From Bdellovibrionales bacterium (lineage in GTDB: Bacteria; Bdellovibrionota; Bdellovibrionia; Bdellovibrionales; UBA1609), in contig CBDCMT010000001.1 in NCBI GenBank assembly GCA_965219095.1, positions 800,001 to 864,000 of the forward strand: DNA of 64,000 bases, in the 5' to 3' direction. Of the stretch, positions 53,294 through 63,627 are shown piece by piece. Within the stretch, counting starts at the first letter, position 1, and every line of letters begins with the position of its first letter. The position numbers were made by a program, and so were the translations under genes. The notes under the pieces were generated by a model. That model was given only the letters and a program-made list of their open reading frames with translations. It ran no database searches and had not been told where the DNA came from.

Positions 53294-54379
53294 ATGTCAT
53301 TGTCTTTGAAAGATAGGCTATCATTTCTTAGTCTAAGAACAACACAATCAGTTTTATCTGTTGATATTGGAACGAGGTATTTGACTTTAGCTGAACTTAC
53401 TTTTACTAAAGACAAGCCTCAGTTAACTCACTTTGAGCATAAAGAACTTCCCTTTGAATGCGTTGAAGAAAGTCAATTAACTAACTTTGATACTTTGTCT
53501 GAGCTTTTAAAAGACATGTTTGAAAAGGGAGGGTTTACTCAAAAAAAAGCTATTGTTTCTATTTCCGGAGTAAATGTTATTACAAAGAGGATCACTGTTC
53601 CTAAGGTAGATAGTCATATGATGGAAACTCAAATTCGTTATGAAGCAGAAAATTATATTCCTTTTGAGATCAACGCTGTGTTTTTTGATTATTTTAAATT
53701 GAAAGATTCTTTGCAGAGTGATTCTATAGATGTCATCATGGTGGCCGTTTTGGACACTAAACTTCTTGAATTTTTAGAAATTATAGAAAAAGCAGGATTG
53801 AGATGTCTTGTTATGGACACTCCTTGCTTTTCCTTAGCAAATTGCTATCTTCATAATTATAAAGACATGGAAAGTGAAACAAGTCTTTTGCTGAATGTAG
53901 GCCATAGCTACACAAGTTTTTTAATATGTAGCAAGGGCGAACTTGTCTTTTCTAGAGATTTGCCTTTAGGAGGGCATGTTTATACTTCTGAGTTACAAAA
54001 GCAATATGGTACTTCTTTTCAAGAAGCTGAGGAGAGAAAACTAAAAACTTTAACAGATGATACAGCTTTAGAGGAGCAAAAACGGCTTTTTCAAATTCCT
54101 AATAACTTTATTGTGAGTGAAATTGAAGAGACTTTAAGTCATTTCACAGACTCTTATGGAAGTCTTTATGATCCTATTAAACATTGTTTGCTTACAGGGG
54201 GGGCCAGTCAAGTGCCAGGTTTAAGAGAAACTCTTAGTCACACTCTTTCTTTAGAGTGTGATTTTTTAGATGGCTTAAGAAATCTTAAGGCAGAAGGAAA
54301 GCTTTTAACAAATCAGTATATAAGAGAAATTAAGTTTATAGCTCCTATAGTTTTAGGCTTAGGTTTAAGAGGGTATTAA
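53294..54379 (+). CDS. pilM: Type IV pilus assembly protein PilM
   Basis: Actin-like VDIG, EAENYIPF, LNVG, LTGGAS, GLGLR. Confidence 0.92.
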   Translation: MSLSLKDRLSFLSLRTTQSVLSVDIGTRYLTLAELTFTKDKPQLTHFEHKELPFECVEESQLTNFDTLSELLKDMFEKGGFTQKKAIVSISGVNVITKRITVPKVDSHMMETQIRYEAENYIPFEINAVFFDYFKLKDSLQSDSIDVIMVAVLDTKLLEFLEIIEKAGLRCLVMDTPCFSLANCYLHNYKDMESETSLLLNVGHSYTSFLICSKGELVFSRDLPLGGHVYTSELQKQYGTSFQEAEERKLKTLTDDTALEEQKRLFQIPNNFIVSEIEETLSHFTDSYGSLYDPIKHCLLTGGASQVPGLRETLSHTLSLECDFLDGLRNLKAEGKLLTNQYIREIKFIAPIVLGLGLRGY

Positions 54380-54382
54380 GCT

Positions 54383-55030
54383 GTGATTAAAATTAATCTT
54401 TATAAAAAAGCTCAAGATCAACTTGCTGTTAAAAAGATAAAATCTGGTTCAGATCTAAATTTAGAGTTATTCTCCGATGATCAAATCCACAAAGGGAAAA
54501 GTTTTGCTTCTTTAATTCCTAAAATATTGATTATACTCCTTATTCCAGGAATTTTAAGAGCTTACAGTTTTTATAAAATAACAACTTTAAATCGTCACAA
54601 AAAGATTGAACAAGAAAAGTTAGATGATATATTAAAAATCAATCGAAATTTGAGAGAGAAAAATCAAAAATTTAAAAGAGATAAAGCTAGAGCTGATGTC
54701 CATAAAAATAAACTTCTTATTTTCAAAAAAATTGCTTCTCAGAGACTTGATGAGGTTAAAACCTTAGACTTCTTACAAGAGGCTATGGTTGATGGTGTCT
54801 GGCTAAAATCAATCCGGTATAATAATAAAGACTATTCTTTGAAGCTTCTCGGCCTAGGTGATACTGATGATACTGTAAATACCTTTGTAGAAAGGTTAGA
54901 GAAGTTTGACTTTTTTAAAGAAGTTTACTTAACGAGTACTAAAGAGAAGGTTGTGGATAAAGTTGCAATTAAATCTTTTGAGATCAATTCAAAAATCACT
55001 CCCAATTCTCAGGGAAAAGAGGTAAAATGA
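54383..55030 (+). CDS. pilN: Type IV pilus assembly protein PilN
   Basis: MIKINL motif, one TM helix, coiled coil, VWLKSI. Confidence 0.88.
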   Translation: MIKINLYKKAQDQLAVKKIKSGSDLNLELFSDDQIHKGKSFASLIPKILIILLIPGILRAYSFYKITTLNRHKKIEQEKLDDILKINRNLREKNQKFKRDKARADVHKNKLLIFKKIASQRLDEVKTLDFLQEAMVDGVWLKSIRYNNKDYSLKLLGLGDTDDTVNTFVERLEKFDFFKEVYLTSTKEKVVDKVAIKSFEINSKITPNSQGKEVK

Positions 55031-55635
55031 AAGATTTTCTCTTTTCCTTATCTTTTAGAGGAGCTTTTGTTATTAGTGTAGCTTTAGGGCTTGTTTATCA
55101 CTTTACTTTGTTTGATGATGGAAGTTCTATTGAGCAGAAAATAAGTATGATCAAAAAGGAACAGATATCAAAAAAAGAAGAAAACAAAAGACTAAATAAA
55201 GAAAATAATATTTTTAAAGAGTTATTAAGAAATAAGGAGCAGTTAGGTAAGCAGTTTCAGAGGTTGATTGGCTACATACCTGAGAAAGATACAGCTTCTA
55301 GTTATACGAAGCTTTTAGCAAACCAAGCAAAATTATCTAATGTTGATATTTTAAGTTTAGATAAGCAAAAAGAAATTGTTAGTAAGGATGGCTTGTATAC
55401 AACTCTCCCTTTTAAAATCAAGTTGCGAGGAACTTATTCTAGCATTGTTCTTTTTTTATCTTACTTAACAAAAGTTAATAGAATTATTAATATAGGAAGT
55501 TTTGAGATAAATGCTATTGTTGATCCAAAAGACAAAACAAAAAAAATAACTACTTGTACAGGAGATATTCTGACCTATAAGTATAATCCGGAAAAAGAAG
55601 AGTTATTAAAACAAGAAAAACAAAAAGGAGCCTAG
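55027..55635 (+). CDS. pilO: Type IV pilus assembly protein PilO
   Basis: TM + coiled coil, YTTLPFKIKLRGTY, RIINI; gene order. Confidence 0.88.
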   Translation: MKDFLFSLSFRGAFVISVALGLVYHFTLFDDGSSIEQKISMIKKEQISKKEENKRLNKENNIFKELLRNKEQLGKQFQRLIGYIPEKDTASSYTKLLANQAKLSNVDILSLDKQKEIVSKDGLYTTLPFKIKLRGTYSSIVLFLSYLTKVNRIINIGSFEINAIVDPKDKTKKITTCTGDILTYKYNPEKEELLKQEKQKGA

Positions 55636-56165
55636 TGAAAGTAAGTTTTATTTTAGCCATTTTATTTTTATTGTGTTTTGTAGCTTTTTCCGAAGAGCCT
55701 CAAAAAAAATCCTTTCAGGATACTAGTTTAAAGGACTTTAGTATAGATTTAGACATTCTTCTAGCTCCGTATAATTACTCTGCAGAGAACAGACGAGATC
55801 CTTTTGTTCGAAAAAATACAGAAGAGCTTTTGATAGAAGATGGTGCTACTTTAACTGAAGCTCAACAGTACACTCTCAGAAGCTTCAAGGTTTTAGGTAT
55901 TATATGGAATCATTGTTCTAACAAAAGTCGAGAATGTAGGGCTTTGAGTGAAAAATCCAGAGTTATGCTTGCAGATCCTAAAAATAAAATTCATTATTTA
56001 AGCAGAGGGGATCGTATAGGAAACAGAGGAGCCTATATAGAGGAGATTCGTGAAGGGGAGATTGTGGTTATAGAACCTTTTCGCAAAGGAGGTAAGTTGT
56101 ATTACAGATCTCGTATTTTAGCATTTGATGACTCCTCTAAGAAATCCTTTGTAGGAGGTGAGTAA
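55635..56165 (+). CDS. pilP: Type IV pilus assembly protein PilP
   Basis: YSAENRRDPF, VLGIIW, GDRIG. Confidence 0.85.
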   Translation: MKVSFILAILFLLCFVAFSEEPQKKSFQDTSLKDFSIDLDILLAPYNYSAENRRDPFVRKNTEELLIEDGATLTEAQQYTLRSFKVLGIIWNHCSNKSRECRALSEKSRVMLADPKNKIHYLSRGDRIGNRGAYIEEIREGEIVVIEPFRKGGKLYYRSRILAFDDSSKKSFVGGE

Positions 56166-57013
56166 TGACACAAAACTTTTTGATTCTTTCCTTAAGTGCC
56201 TTTTTGTTTTCTTGTTCTTCTATGAACTCTCATTATCTGCAAGTTGAAAAAGAAATGGAAGAAGGTTTAAAGTATCTTTCTTATGAATTGCTTTCAGATG
56301 AAGATAGACGAGAGATGAGAGATCTGGACAGCAAAAATATTGATTTAGAAGAGGGATTTTTTTTCATGTCAAATGCTGATGTTAAAGAATTAGCTGTTGA
56401 GATTGAAGATGATTTTCAATCTGAAGATTTTCTTTCCGATGTGTTTTTAAACACTTTTTCTCTTTCCTCTGTTTCAGAAGTTGATCTAGGACTTAGAAAA
56501 TCTTTATCCCAATCTTTTACAAACTCAGGGGATAGAGTTGAAAGTGGACAGGAAGAAGATTTAAGGCACTTAAAGCCTTTTATTCAGGAAGAGTTTTTTG
56601 AACTGCCTAGCAATGATCCTTCAGAACTCTCAAAAACAGAGCTTTCGAAAAGACAGAAATTTATAACTCTTAAAAGAGAAACAGAAAGTGAAAATTTTCA
56701 AGTCTTTAATGAATTAAACAAGCAACAAACTTCATTTTCAGTTCCAGCAATACCTTCTTTGCAAGGCATCCGTTGGTCTTATTATAAAAATGGAAAAATG
56801 AAAATCATTTTAGAAAGCGATCAAAAAATCAATTATAAGACTCAATTTGATTTTTATTCAGGGGAAATTTTCATTGATTTAGAAAAAGCAGTTTTATCTG
56901 AAGAGTTAAAGCAAAAATTTTCAAATAATAAAAACATTAGGTTATATGAAATTCCTAGTAAAAAGTGGGCTAGGGTGATTATCTTAAGGACAGGAAATAA
57001 CCAGAAGGATTGA
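56165..57013 (+). CDS. Acidic lipoprotein with a C-terminal AMIN-like domain between pilP and pilQ
   Basis: LFSC lipobox; the C-terminus resembles the PilQ N-terminal beta domain. Confidence 0.65.
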   Translation: MTQNFLILSLSAFLFSCSSMNSHYLQVEKEMEEGLKYLSYELLSDEDRREMRDLDSKNIDLEEGFFFMSNADVKELAVEIEDDFQSEDFLSDVFLNTFSLSSVSEVDLGLRKSLSQSFTNSGDRVESGQEEDLRHLKPFIQEEFFELPSNDPSELSKTELSKRQKFITLKRETESENFQVFNELNKQQTSFSVPAIPSLQGIRWSYYKNGKMKIILESDQKINYKTQFDFYSGEIFIDLEKAVLSEELKQKFSNNKNIRLYEIPSKKWARVIILRTGNNQKD

Positions 57014-59349
57014 TGATGAAAATGTTCAAGTTTATTTTAGTGCTTTTCTTTTTATCATCTTGTTCTTCTGTAAAAAAAGTTCAAAAAAGTTCAAAAAAAG
57101 AACTCAAGACTCCGCCCTCTTTATACTCAGATGATAAGGAAGAAATTTCTTTAGAAAATCAACAAGATCGTGAAGAGGGGGACCAAGATCTTGAAGAAGA
57201 TTTTGAAGATAATGAAAGTGATGAAGAGTCTTTGTTATCTGACAATCAGGAATTAAAAGAACTTTTAGAAGAAGATCAAAAAATACTTTCTCAGAATTCA
57301 GAGAATAAAACATCAAACACAGAAGAAACTTTAAACTTTGAAAAAGAGCAACTCGGGAAGGACGAACAGTTAGATGAAATCCTCTTAGAGGAGGAACAAT
57401 CAGAGCTTTCTAAAAAACAAAATGATAAGGGTTTAGATTTAGAAGATGATCTGGAAGATTTAGAAGTAGAACCTCCTTTTACAGAAGAAAAAAGGGAAGA
57501 AAACAAGATATCAGAAGACAGTTCGACAGATTTGGATAATTTAGAAGATTCACAAGAGGAAATTGCTTCTCAGACTATAAGAGTTAAGGCTATTAGGTTT
57601 TTTGCTCATAAGTCCCAGGGAACTGTTGTGGTTGACACTTCAACTCCTGTTGATCCTGAATCTTCTTTTAACCAAGAGACAAAACAATTTATTGTTAAAA
57701 TCAAACAAGCTATTTTAGATAAATCTGTTGAAAGGCCTTTGATTACAAAAGAATTTCGAGGGCCTATTTCAGCCATTCAAGCTTACCAAAAGGGAAATGA
57801 AGTACGCATTGTGGTTCAAATGAAAGATTCTATATCACCTTTTCTACAAACAGAAGGAACCTCTTTTCTAATCATACCCTCTTCTAGTTCTGAAACTTTA
57901 GCAGGTGAAGACTTAACAGACACAGAATCTAGTACCATTGAAAAAGAGATATCTCAAATTGAAAAGGAAGAAAAAGCTCGTAGAGGAAGCAATTTAGAAA
58001 ATGAAATAGTAGAAACATTTACTACAGATACAAACGATAAAAAAGCAAGGGACTTGATTCTATCAGCAAATTCCTTAGAAGACTTTCTTTTAGGAAAAAT
58101 AAAATTTTATGGCCGTCCTATTAGTATTGAAACAAAAAAAGATACAGACATTCGTACTATCATTGAGTTTATTTCTGAGGAAGTGAGTTTAAACCTTATT
58201 TTCTCTTCAGATGTTAAAGGTCAGGCTCAACTCAAACTCAAAAATGTTCCTTGGGATCAAGTTTTGATTACTTTGTTAAGAAACAATAAGTTAGGCTACA
58301 TTCGTCAGGGCAATGTCATTCGTATTGATACTTTAGAAAATTTAAAAAGCGAAGCTAAAAATTTAAAGGAGATTTTAGAAACAAAGAAGAGCTTAGACCC
58401 TATTACTTTGAGAGTATTGGCTGTTAACTTTGCTAAGGCAAGTGATATAGCAGGTCACGTTCAGGGGTTTTTAACACCTAAAAGAGGTAAGGTAGTTACA
58501 GATAATGAAACAAATTCTTTAATTGTTCATGATACGGAAGAGGTAGTTGCTAAAATACAGAAGCTTTTATTAGAGTTGGATCAAGCTCCACCTCAGGTGA
58601 TGATTGAAGCTAAGGTTATAGAAGCCTCAGAAAACTTTAGCAATAAACTAGGAGTTAACTGGAGAGCTTCAGGAGTAAGCTACCAATTAAGTGAAGATGG
58701 AGGCTATAAAGGTCGCCCTATAACACTTAGCTCTTTTTTAGATTTGAATTTAGCAGGCAATAATGCAGGTGCTAACCAGTTAAGGTTAAAATTAGGAACT
58801 TTAGACTTTTTAGGTAATTTAGATGCTCGGTTATTCATTGAAGAGGAAAAAGACAACGTGAAGGTGATTGCTGCACCTAGAATTTTGGCAATGAATAAAG
58901 TGGCATCTACTATCACTCAATCAGGGCAAGTTTTTTCAAGAAAGGTGACAACTGATACAGAGGGAAAAACAGAAAGTACATTTATTCCTAGGAATTTTTC
59001 TCTCAATATGTCAGTAACACCTCAAGTGAGTGCTGATGGTAGCGTGATCATGGATTTAAACATCACGCGTTCTTTTCCTGGAGCTGAAGTTAATGGAGAA
59101 AGTCCTATCAATACACGTTCAGCAAAAACCAAAGCGATTGTGAGGAGTGGTGAAACAGCTGTTATTGGAGGAATTTATCAAGATGATGAAACATTTAAAG
59201 TATCAGGAGTTCCTGTTTTGCAAAACATTCCTCTTGTAGGCTGGTTGTTTAAAAGTCAACAGAAAATTAAAGTGAAAACAGAGCTTCTGCTTTTCTTAAA
59301 ACCTGAAATAGTACCTTATAAGAAAAAAAATCTGACAGCTAAGTTTTAG
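57013..59349 (+). CDS. pilQ: Type IV pilus secretin PilQ
   Basis: Lipobox, acidic linker, AMIN-like domain, NVPWDQ, PQVMIEAKVIE, VIGGIY, GVPVLQNIPLVGWLFK. Confidence 0.95.
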   Translation: MMKMFKFILVLFFLSSCSSVKKVQKSSKKELKTPPSLYSDDKEEISLENQQDREEGDQDLEEDFEDNESDEESLLSDNQELKELLEEDQKILSQNSENKTSNTEETLNFEKEQLGKDEQLDEILLEEEQSELSKKQNDKGLDLEDDLEDLEVEPPFTEEKREENKISEDSSTDLDNLEDSQEEIASQTIRVKAIRFFAHKSQGTVVVDTSTPVDPESSFNQETKQFIVKIKQAILDKSVERPLITKEFRGPISAIQAYQKGNEVRIVVQMKDSISPFLQTEGTSFLIIPSSSSETLAGEDLTDTESSTIEKEISQIEKEEKARRGSNLENEIVETFTTDTNDKKARDLILSANSLEDFLLGKIKFYGRPISIETKKDTDIRTIIEFISEEVSLNLIFSSDVKGQAQLKLKNVPWDQVLITLLRNNKLGYIRQGNVIRIDTLENLKSEAKNLKEILETKKSLDPITLRVLAVNFAKASDIAGHVQGFLTPKRGKVVTDNETNSLIVHDTEEVVAKIQKLLLELDQAPPQVMIEAKVIEASENFSNKLGVNWRASGVSYQLSEDGGYKGRPITLSSFLDLNLAGNNAGANQLRLKLGTLDFLGNLDARLFIEEEKDNVKVIAAPRILAMNKVASTITQSGQVFSRKVTTDTEGKTESTFIPRNFSLNMSVTPQVSADGSVIMDLNITRSFPGAEVNGESPINTRSAKTKAIVRSGETAVIGGIYQDDETFKVSGVPVLQNIPLVGWLFKSQQKIKVKTELLLFLKPEIVPYKKKNLTAKF

Positions 59350-59444
59350 AGTAATAACAATTACAGAAGTTACACAATTTTTGTTTATAGACTCCACAAT
59401 TTCAGGTTCTTAGTTTACAGGCTCGCTACAAGGCTCAATTTATT

Positions 59445-59492
59445 GCCTCCTCAAAAGAACCTCCGGGAACCCACAGATTCTTTTGAGGAGGC
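59445..59492. mobile_element. 48-bp ISL3 remnant made of two right ends in inverted orientation
   Basis: GCCTCCTCAAAAGAA-CCTCCGGGAACCCACAGATTCTTTTGAGGAGGC. Confidence 0.75.
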
Positions 59493-59844
59493 AAAACTTT
59501 CTCAATACCACAAACAACACGCTTTTTCTCCTCTAAAATACTGCCTGAGAACTGGAAATCTTTCTCACTCTTTTTTTTCTTCTCTTTCTTCTTCTTCTCC
59601 TTAGCCTTAGGCCTTTTACCATAAACTAGCTCCTCACAACCTGGAAGCACAGGATCTCTTTGATTCTTAATGTCTATGATCAACTCTTCTGCTAACTTCT
59701 TAGTTTTTTAACTTCCCCTTATCGTTTGCAAAAATACCCATAGAACGAATGGTCTTTTGTACGCACTTCCCCTTAAACCAAACAGACTCTACAATCCGTA
59801 CACTTTTTTTACCCTTAGACTTTGATGTTACTTTTATAAACATT
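59493..59844 (-). pseudogene. IS1634-family transposase N-terminal fragment
   Basis: MFIKVTSK..SVRIVESV..QKTIRSMG and EEKKRVVCGIEKV; frameshifted and truncated. Confidence 0.65.
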
Positions 59845-60026
59845 CTTCAAAAAGGCTAAACAACTTTTGCAAGCTTGTAAAATGGGCCGGGGCCACAGAA
59901 CCGACCTAAAACCTGTGTATAACTCCTTCAACTAAAAGCTAGAAGTAAAAGAACGAAAATATTTTTTTAACTCACTGTGTTGTGTTGAAGTCAGGAAAAG
60001 AATAATCCTAACTTTTTCTTTGCTAA

Positions 60027-60612
60027 TAACCCGAGTTTCGACTTTTATATATTGTTCAGAAGCTCCTGTTTTGAGTTTTAAGTTGAATGGAGGGTTTTTT
60101 AGGTTTTAAGCAATAGGAGATGAGAGTACCTAAAAGATTGATGACAAAGTTTTGTGGGCTACGATGGCGAGAATGCTCAAGATGAAACTCTCCTTTTAAC
60201 ACTCCAATCACTGTTTCCACAACAGAACGTTTTTTCAACATCAACTTGTCAAATAAGGGAATCAATTTATTCTTCATATTTAATTTGACGTTTGTAATAA
60301 GCTTAACTCCCTTCTTTAAAAGCTTTTTGAAAAGGTCTGATGAAATATAACCTCTGTCCCCAAAGAGTTTTCCCATCAGCCCTTTACTATAAATCCATAA
60401 CTTAGCTTTCGATCATCTACATTTCCCGGAGTTAAGGTAAAACTTAAAAGTTCTCCTAGGTGATTGATAACAATATGGAGTTTAAATCCAAAGAACCAGC
60501 CCATACTACTTTTGCCTCTTTTTAGCTAACTTTTAGAACACCTTATTTCGTCCTATTCTTTTATTTTTGAAGAAAAATCGATGTGGAATCAATAAATGAT
60601 ATGCCGGTGGTT
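60027..60612 (-). pseudogene. IS982-family transposase fragment
   Basis: FIDST, GKSSMGWFFGFKLH, LFGDRGYIS, KRSVVETV, HSRHRS. Confidence 0.88.
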
Positions 60613-60982
60613 TTACTCATAAGGCTTGTCGAGAAAAGAAACATCAAACTTTGGAGGTTTTCCAGGACGAGGATCATCTTCAAGAGCTTTTTTCAGCCCA
60701 GAATTCTCATAGTTTTTTTGGATGTTGAAAACAGTTCTAGGAGTTATCTCTAAGTAATCTGCTGTCTCTACGGCAGTTAATCTTTTGTTCCTTAAGTTTA
60801 GAACATTGGCTCGATATATGGCTCTTGGATTTTTAGACTTCTTTATAATTTTAAGAATTTCTCTCTTATCTTTTGGCTTTAATAAATTTAACATATGAGT
60901 ATTAAAACATAATAAAAAAAAATAAATAAAATGACCTGGATTAAAGGCTTGAAAATTGTGAAAAAAATTACTGGTCAGAACA
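60613..60982 (-). mobile_element. Truncated copy of the 36517 IS630 element (left IR and 5' transposase)
   Basis: Same IR and MLNLLKPKDKR..; has GGA where the 36517 copy has TGA. Confidence 0.88.
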
Positions 60983-61100
60983 CTAGTTTGTTTACAGGCC
61001 CAAGCTTTTTAAGAATCCTCTTCACTTTTATTTTCTTTTAGAACTGCTCTAGAATTTTCTGGCATACCTAAGCGATTTTGAGAAGCCTTTTCATTTTCTT

Positions 61101-62837
61101 TCATATACCTTGATTGCTTTTTCTTAAGGCTATAATTTTAGCACTTAAACCTATCTTACGGAATCCTGTATCAAGGCTCACAACTTCTGCTTTCAAAATA
61201 TCTCCTACTTTAAATTCATCTTCTGGGTTTCCAATTCTTTTTGTAGATAACTCGCTTATATGAATAAGTCCTTCAATGTTTTTATCAAGTTCTACAAAAA
61301 CACCAAAGCTTGTGATTTTTACAATTTTCACTTCACCTTGATGACCAATAGGAAATCTCTCAGCTACATCTTTCCAAGGATCTTGATCGAGTTGTTTGAT
61401 TCCTAAACTGATTTTTTCCTGTGCTACATCTAAGGATAAGACAACAGCTTTTACTATATCTCCTACTTTATAAAAATCTCTGGGCCTTTCTATACGTTTT
61501 TCCCATGAAAAATCAGACACATGGACTAAGCCTTCAATACTTTCCTTAATTTCTACAAACATACCAAAATCAGTTAAGGCTTTCACTTTGCCTTCTACCA
61601 CATGTCCTGGAGGAAGTTCTTTTTTTAGTTGAAACCAAGGACTTTCTTCTAATTGCTTTAAACTTAAACTAATGCGACGATGCTCTAAAGAGGATTCTAA
61701 GATGGCCACTTCCACTTCTTCCTCTAGTTTGAAGACTTGATTAGGTTTTTTATGCTTTCTAAACCAACTTATTTCTGTTACATGAATTAAACCCTCAACA
61801 CCCTTTTCAAGCTCTACAAAAGCACCATAGTCTGTAATTCGTGCAATTTTACCTTTAACTTTTTTCCCCTCAGTGTACTTTTCTACAATAGCTTTCCAAG
61901 GATCCTCCTGCATCTGTTTTAAACCTAAATTGATTCTTTTTAAATCATGATCAATTCTGAGAACTTTCACCTCTAGATCTTGACCTACATTAACAATTTC
62001 AGAAGGATGTTTAATTCTTTTCCAAGAAAGGTCTGTAATATGTAGCAAACCATCCACTCCTCCTAAATCTAAGAAAACACCATAAGTTGTAATGTTTTTT
62101 ACACGACCTTTTATAAGATCCCCTTCTTTTAAGTTACCTATATTTAAGGTTGTTTCCACCACTTGAAAAGATGAATCACTTTTACCCTCAACGTCAAGGG
62201 TTTCATTTAAAGCTTTTCTAGAAAGAACAATATTTCCTCTTTTTTTATTGAACTTAATGATTTTAAATTTTAAAACTTGTCCGATAAGGGTTTTAGTGCT
62301 TTTCATATAGGAAACGTCCATTTGGCTTCCGGGAAGAAAAGCTTTTACACCGATATCAACGCTTAAACCTCCCTTAACTCTATCTATAATTTTTCCCTCT
62401 ATCACCTCTTTGTTTTCTGAAGCTCTTTCAATATCATCCCAAACTTTTAAAACATCGGCCTTTTCTTTAGATAAAATCACAATTCCATTTTCATCTTCTA
62501 AAGAATCAATAAGAACTTCAATTTCTTTTCCAATTTCAATATCAACGTCCTTTTGAGGCCCTACACGAAATTCAGAAATAGGAATAAGACCTTCACTCTT
62601 ATAGCCAATATCCACAAGGACATAATCCTTAATACGATCAATAATTCTGCCCTTAACAAGATCCCATTGTTGCAAGCCTTTTTTAGATGTTTCTTCAAAA
62701 AGGTCTTTAAAAGATTCTTTAGACCGGTACTCAGAAACTTCTTTAGGTTCTGAAAGAAAGTTCTTATCTGCTTTATCTAACTCCTTAATAGCTTCCACTA
62801 ACTTTTCTTTTTTCTTACTCATTGTAAACGCATCCAA
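61101..62837 (-). CDS. rpsA: 30S ribosomal protein S1
   Basis: Six S1 repeats (GYKSEG, AFLPGS, GLLHITD, EGLIHVTE, EGLVHVSD, EGLIHISE); ATG at 62822 is an alternative start. Confidence 0.96.
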   Translation of the reverse strand: MDAFTMSKKKEKLVEAIKELDKADKNFLSEPKEVSEYRSKESFKDLFEETSKKGLQQWDLVKGRIIDRIKDYVLVDIGYKSEGLIPISEFRVGPQKDVDIEIGKEIEVLIDSLEDENGIVILSKEKADVLKVWDDIERASENKEVIEGKIIDRVKGGLSVDIGVKAFLPGSQMDVSYMKSTKTLIGQVLKFKIIKFNKKRGNIVLSRKALNETLDVEGKSDSSFQVVETTLNIGNLKEGDLIKGRVKNITTYGVFLDLGGVDGLLHITDLSWKRIKHPSEIVNVGQDLEVKVLRIDHDLKRINLGLKQMQEDPWKAIVEKYTEGKKVKGKIARITDYGAFVELEKGVEGLIHVTEISWFRKHKKPNQVFKLEEEVEVAILESSLEHRRISLSLKQLEESPWFQLKKELPPGHVVEGKVKALTDFGMFVEIKESIEGLVHVSDFSWEKRIERPRDFYKVGDIVKAVVLSLDVAQEKISLGIKQLDQDPWKDVAERFPIGHQGEVKIVKITSFGVFVELDKNIEGLIHISELSTKRIGNPEDEFKVGDILKAEVVSLDTGFRKIGLSAKIIALRKSNQGI

Positions 62838-62963
62838 ATCTGTCCTTTCTCCTTTCTGTCAACAACTACTAGAGTGTATACAAGGTAAGACTACACAATA
62901 GTGGCAAAACAATCAACTTTTTTCTTCACACCCTATTCGTCCTAAAAAACCTTCAAACAAAGT

Positions 62964-63626
62964 TCACTTAAGCTCATTTAATACCATAAGATGTATATGT
63001 TTTACAACTTGCTCAAACTCCATAGAGCTTGTATCAAGAAAAATGGCATCAGAAGCCTTTTTTAAAGGGGCTATATTACGAGTTTTTTCATTTTGATCAC
63101 GAATTTTCTGATCCCTTATAACATCTTGATAAGACTGGGTTTTTTCCCAAAACCTTCTTTCTGCCCTGCTTTTGATGGAGGCTGTGAGATAGAATTTTAA
63201 GAGGGCTTGACGCTTGAAGACAATAGTTCCGCAGTCCCTTCCCTCAGCCACCAAGCCTTTTGAGGCCTGCTTTAGGGTTTGTCTTTGAGGCTCCAGTAAA
63301 AAATCTCTTACCTTAGGCAGTCTAGCTATCATGCTGGAAAGAGTTCCTATTTCCAGACGTCTTAAGCTTCTTTCTGAAATTTCTTTGTCTTTATAGAAAA
63401 ACTTTGTTCTCTCCGGACTGAGTTTAATAAGCCATTTCACCTTTTGAAAAAAACAAACCAAAGCCTCTTGATTTTTAATATCAAGATGATTTTCATGAGC
63501 GATAAAGGCAAATCCTCTGTAAAAGACTCCTGTAGAAAGCCAACTCCATGACAATCTATGGGCGAGTTCACGACTTACAGAACTTTTTCCAGAAGCTACA
63601 GGTCCGTCAATTGTTACAATATACAT
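62964..63626 (-). CDS. cmk: Cytidylate kinase
   Basis: TIDGPVASGKSS, TGVFYR, VAEGRDCGT, APLKKA; upstream of rpsA. Confidence 0.95.
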   Translation of the reverse strand: MYIVTIDGPVASGKSSVSRELAHRLSWSWLSTGVFYRGFAFIAHENHLDIKNQEALVCFFQKVKWLIKLSPERTKFFYKDKEISERSLRRLEIGTLSSMIARLPKVRDFLLEPQRQTLKQASKGLVAEGRDCGTIVFKRQALLKFYLTASIKSRAERRFWEKTQSYQDVIRDQKIRDQNEKTRNIAPLKKASDAIFLDTSSMEFEQVVKHIHLMVLNELK

Positions 63627-63627
63627 C

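Noticed and set aside
59435..59683. 82-aa ORF as a real gene
   Set aside because: Chimera of an IS1634 fragment and the ISL3 end remnant.
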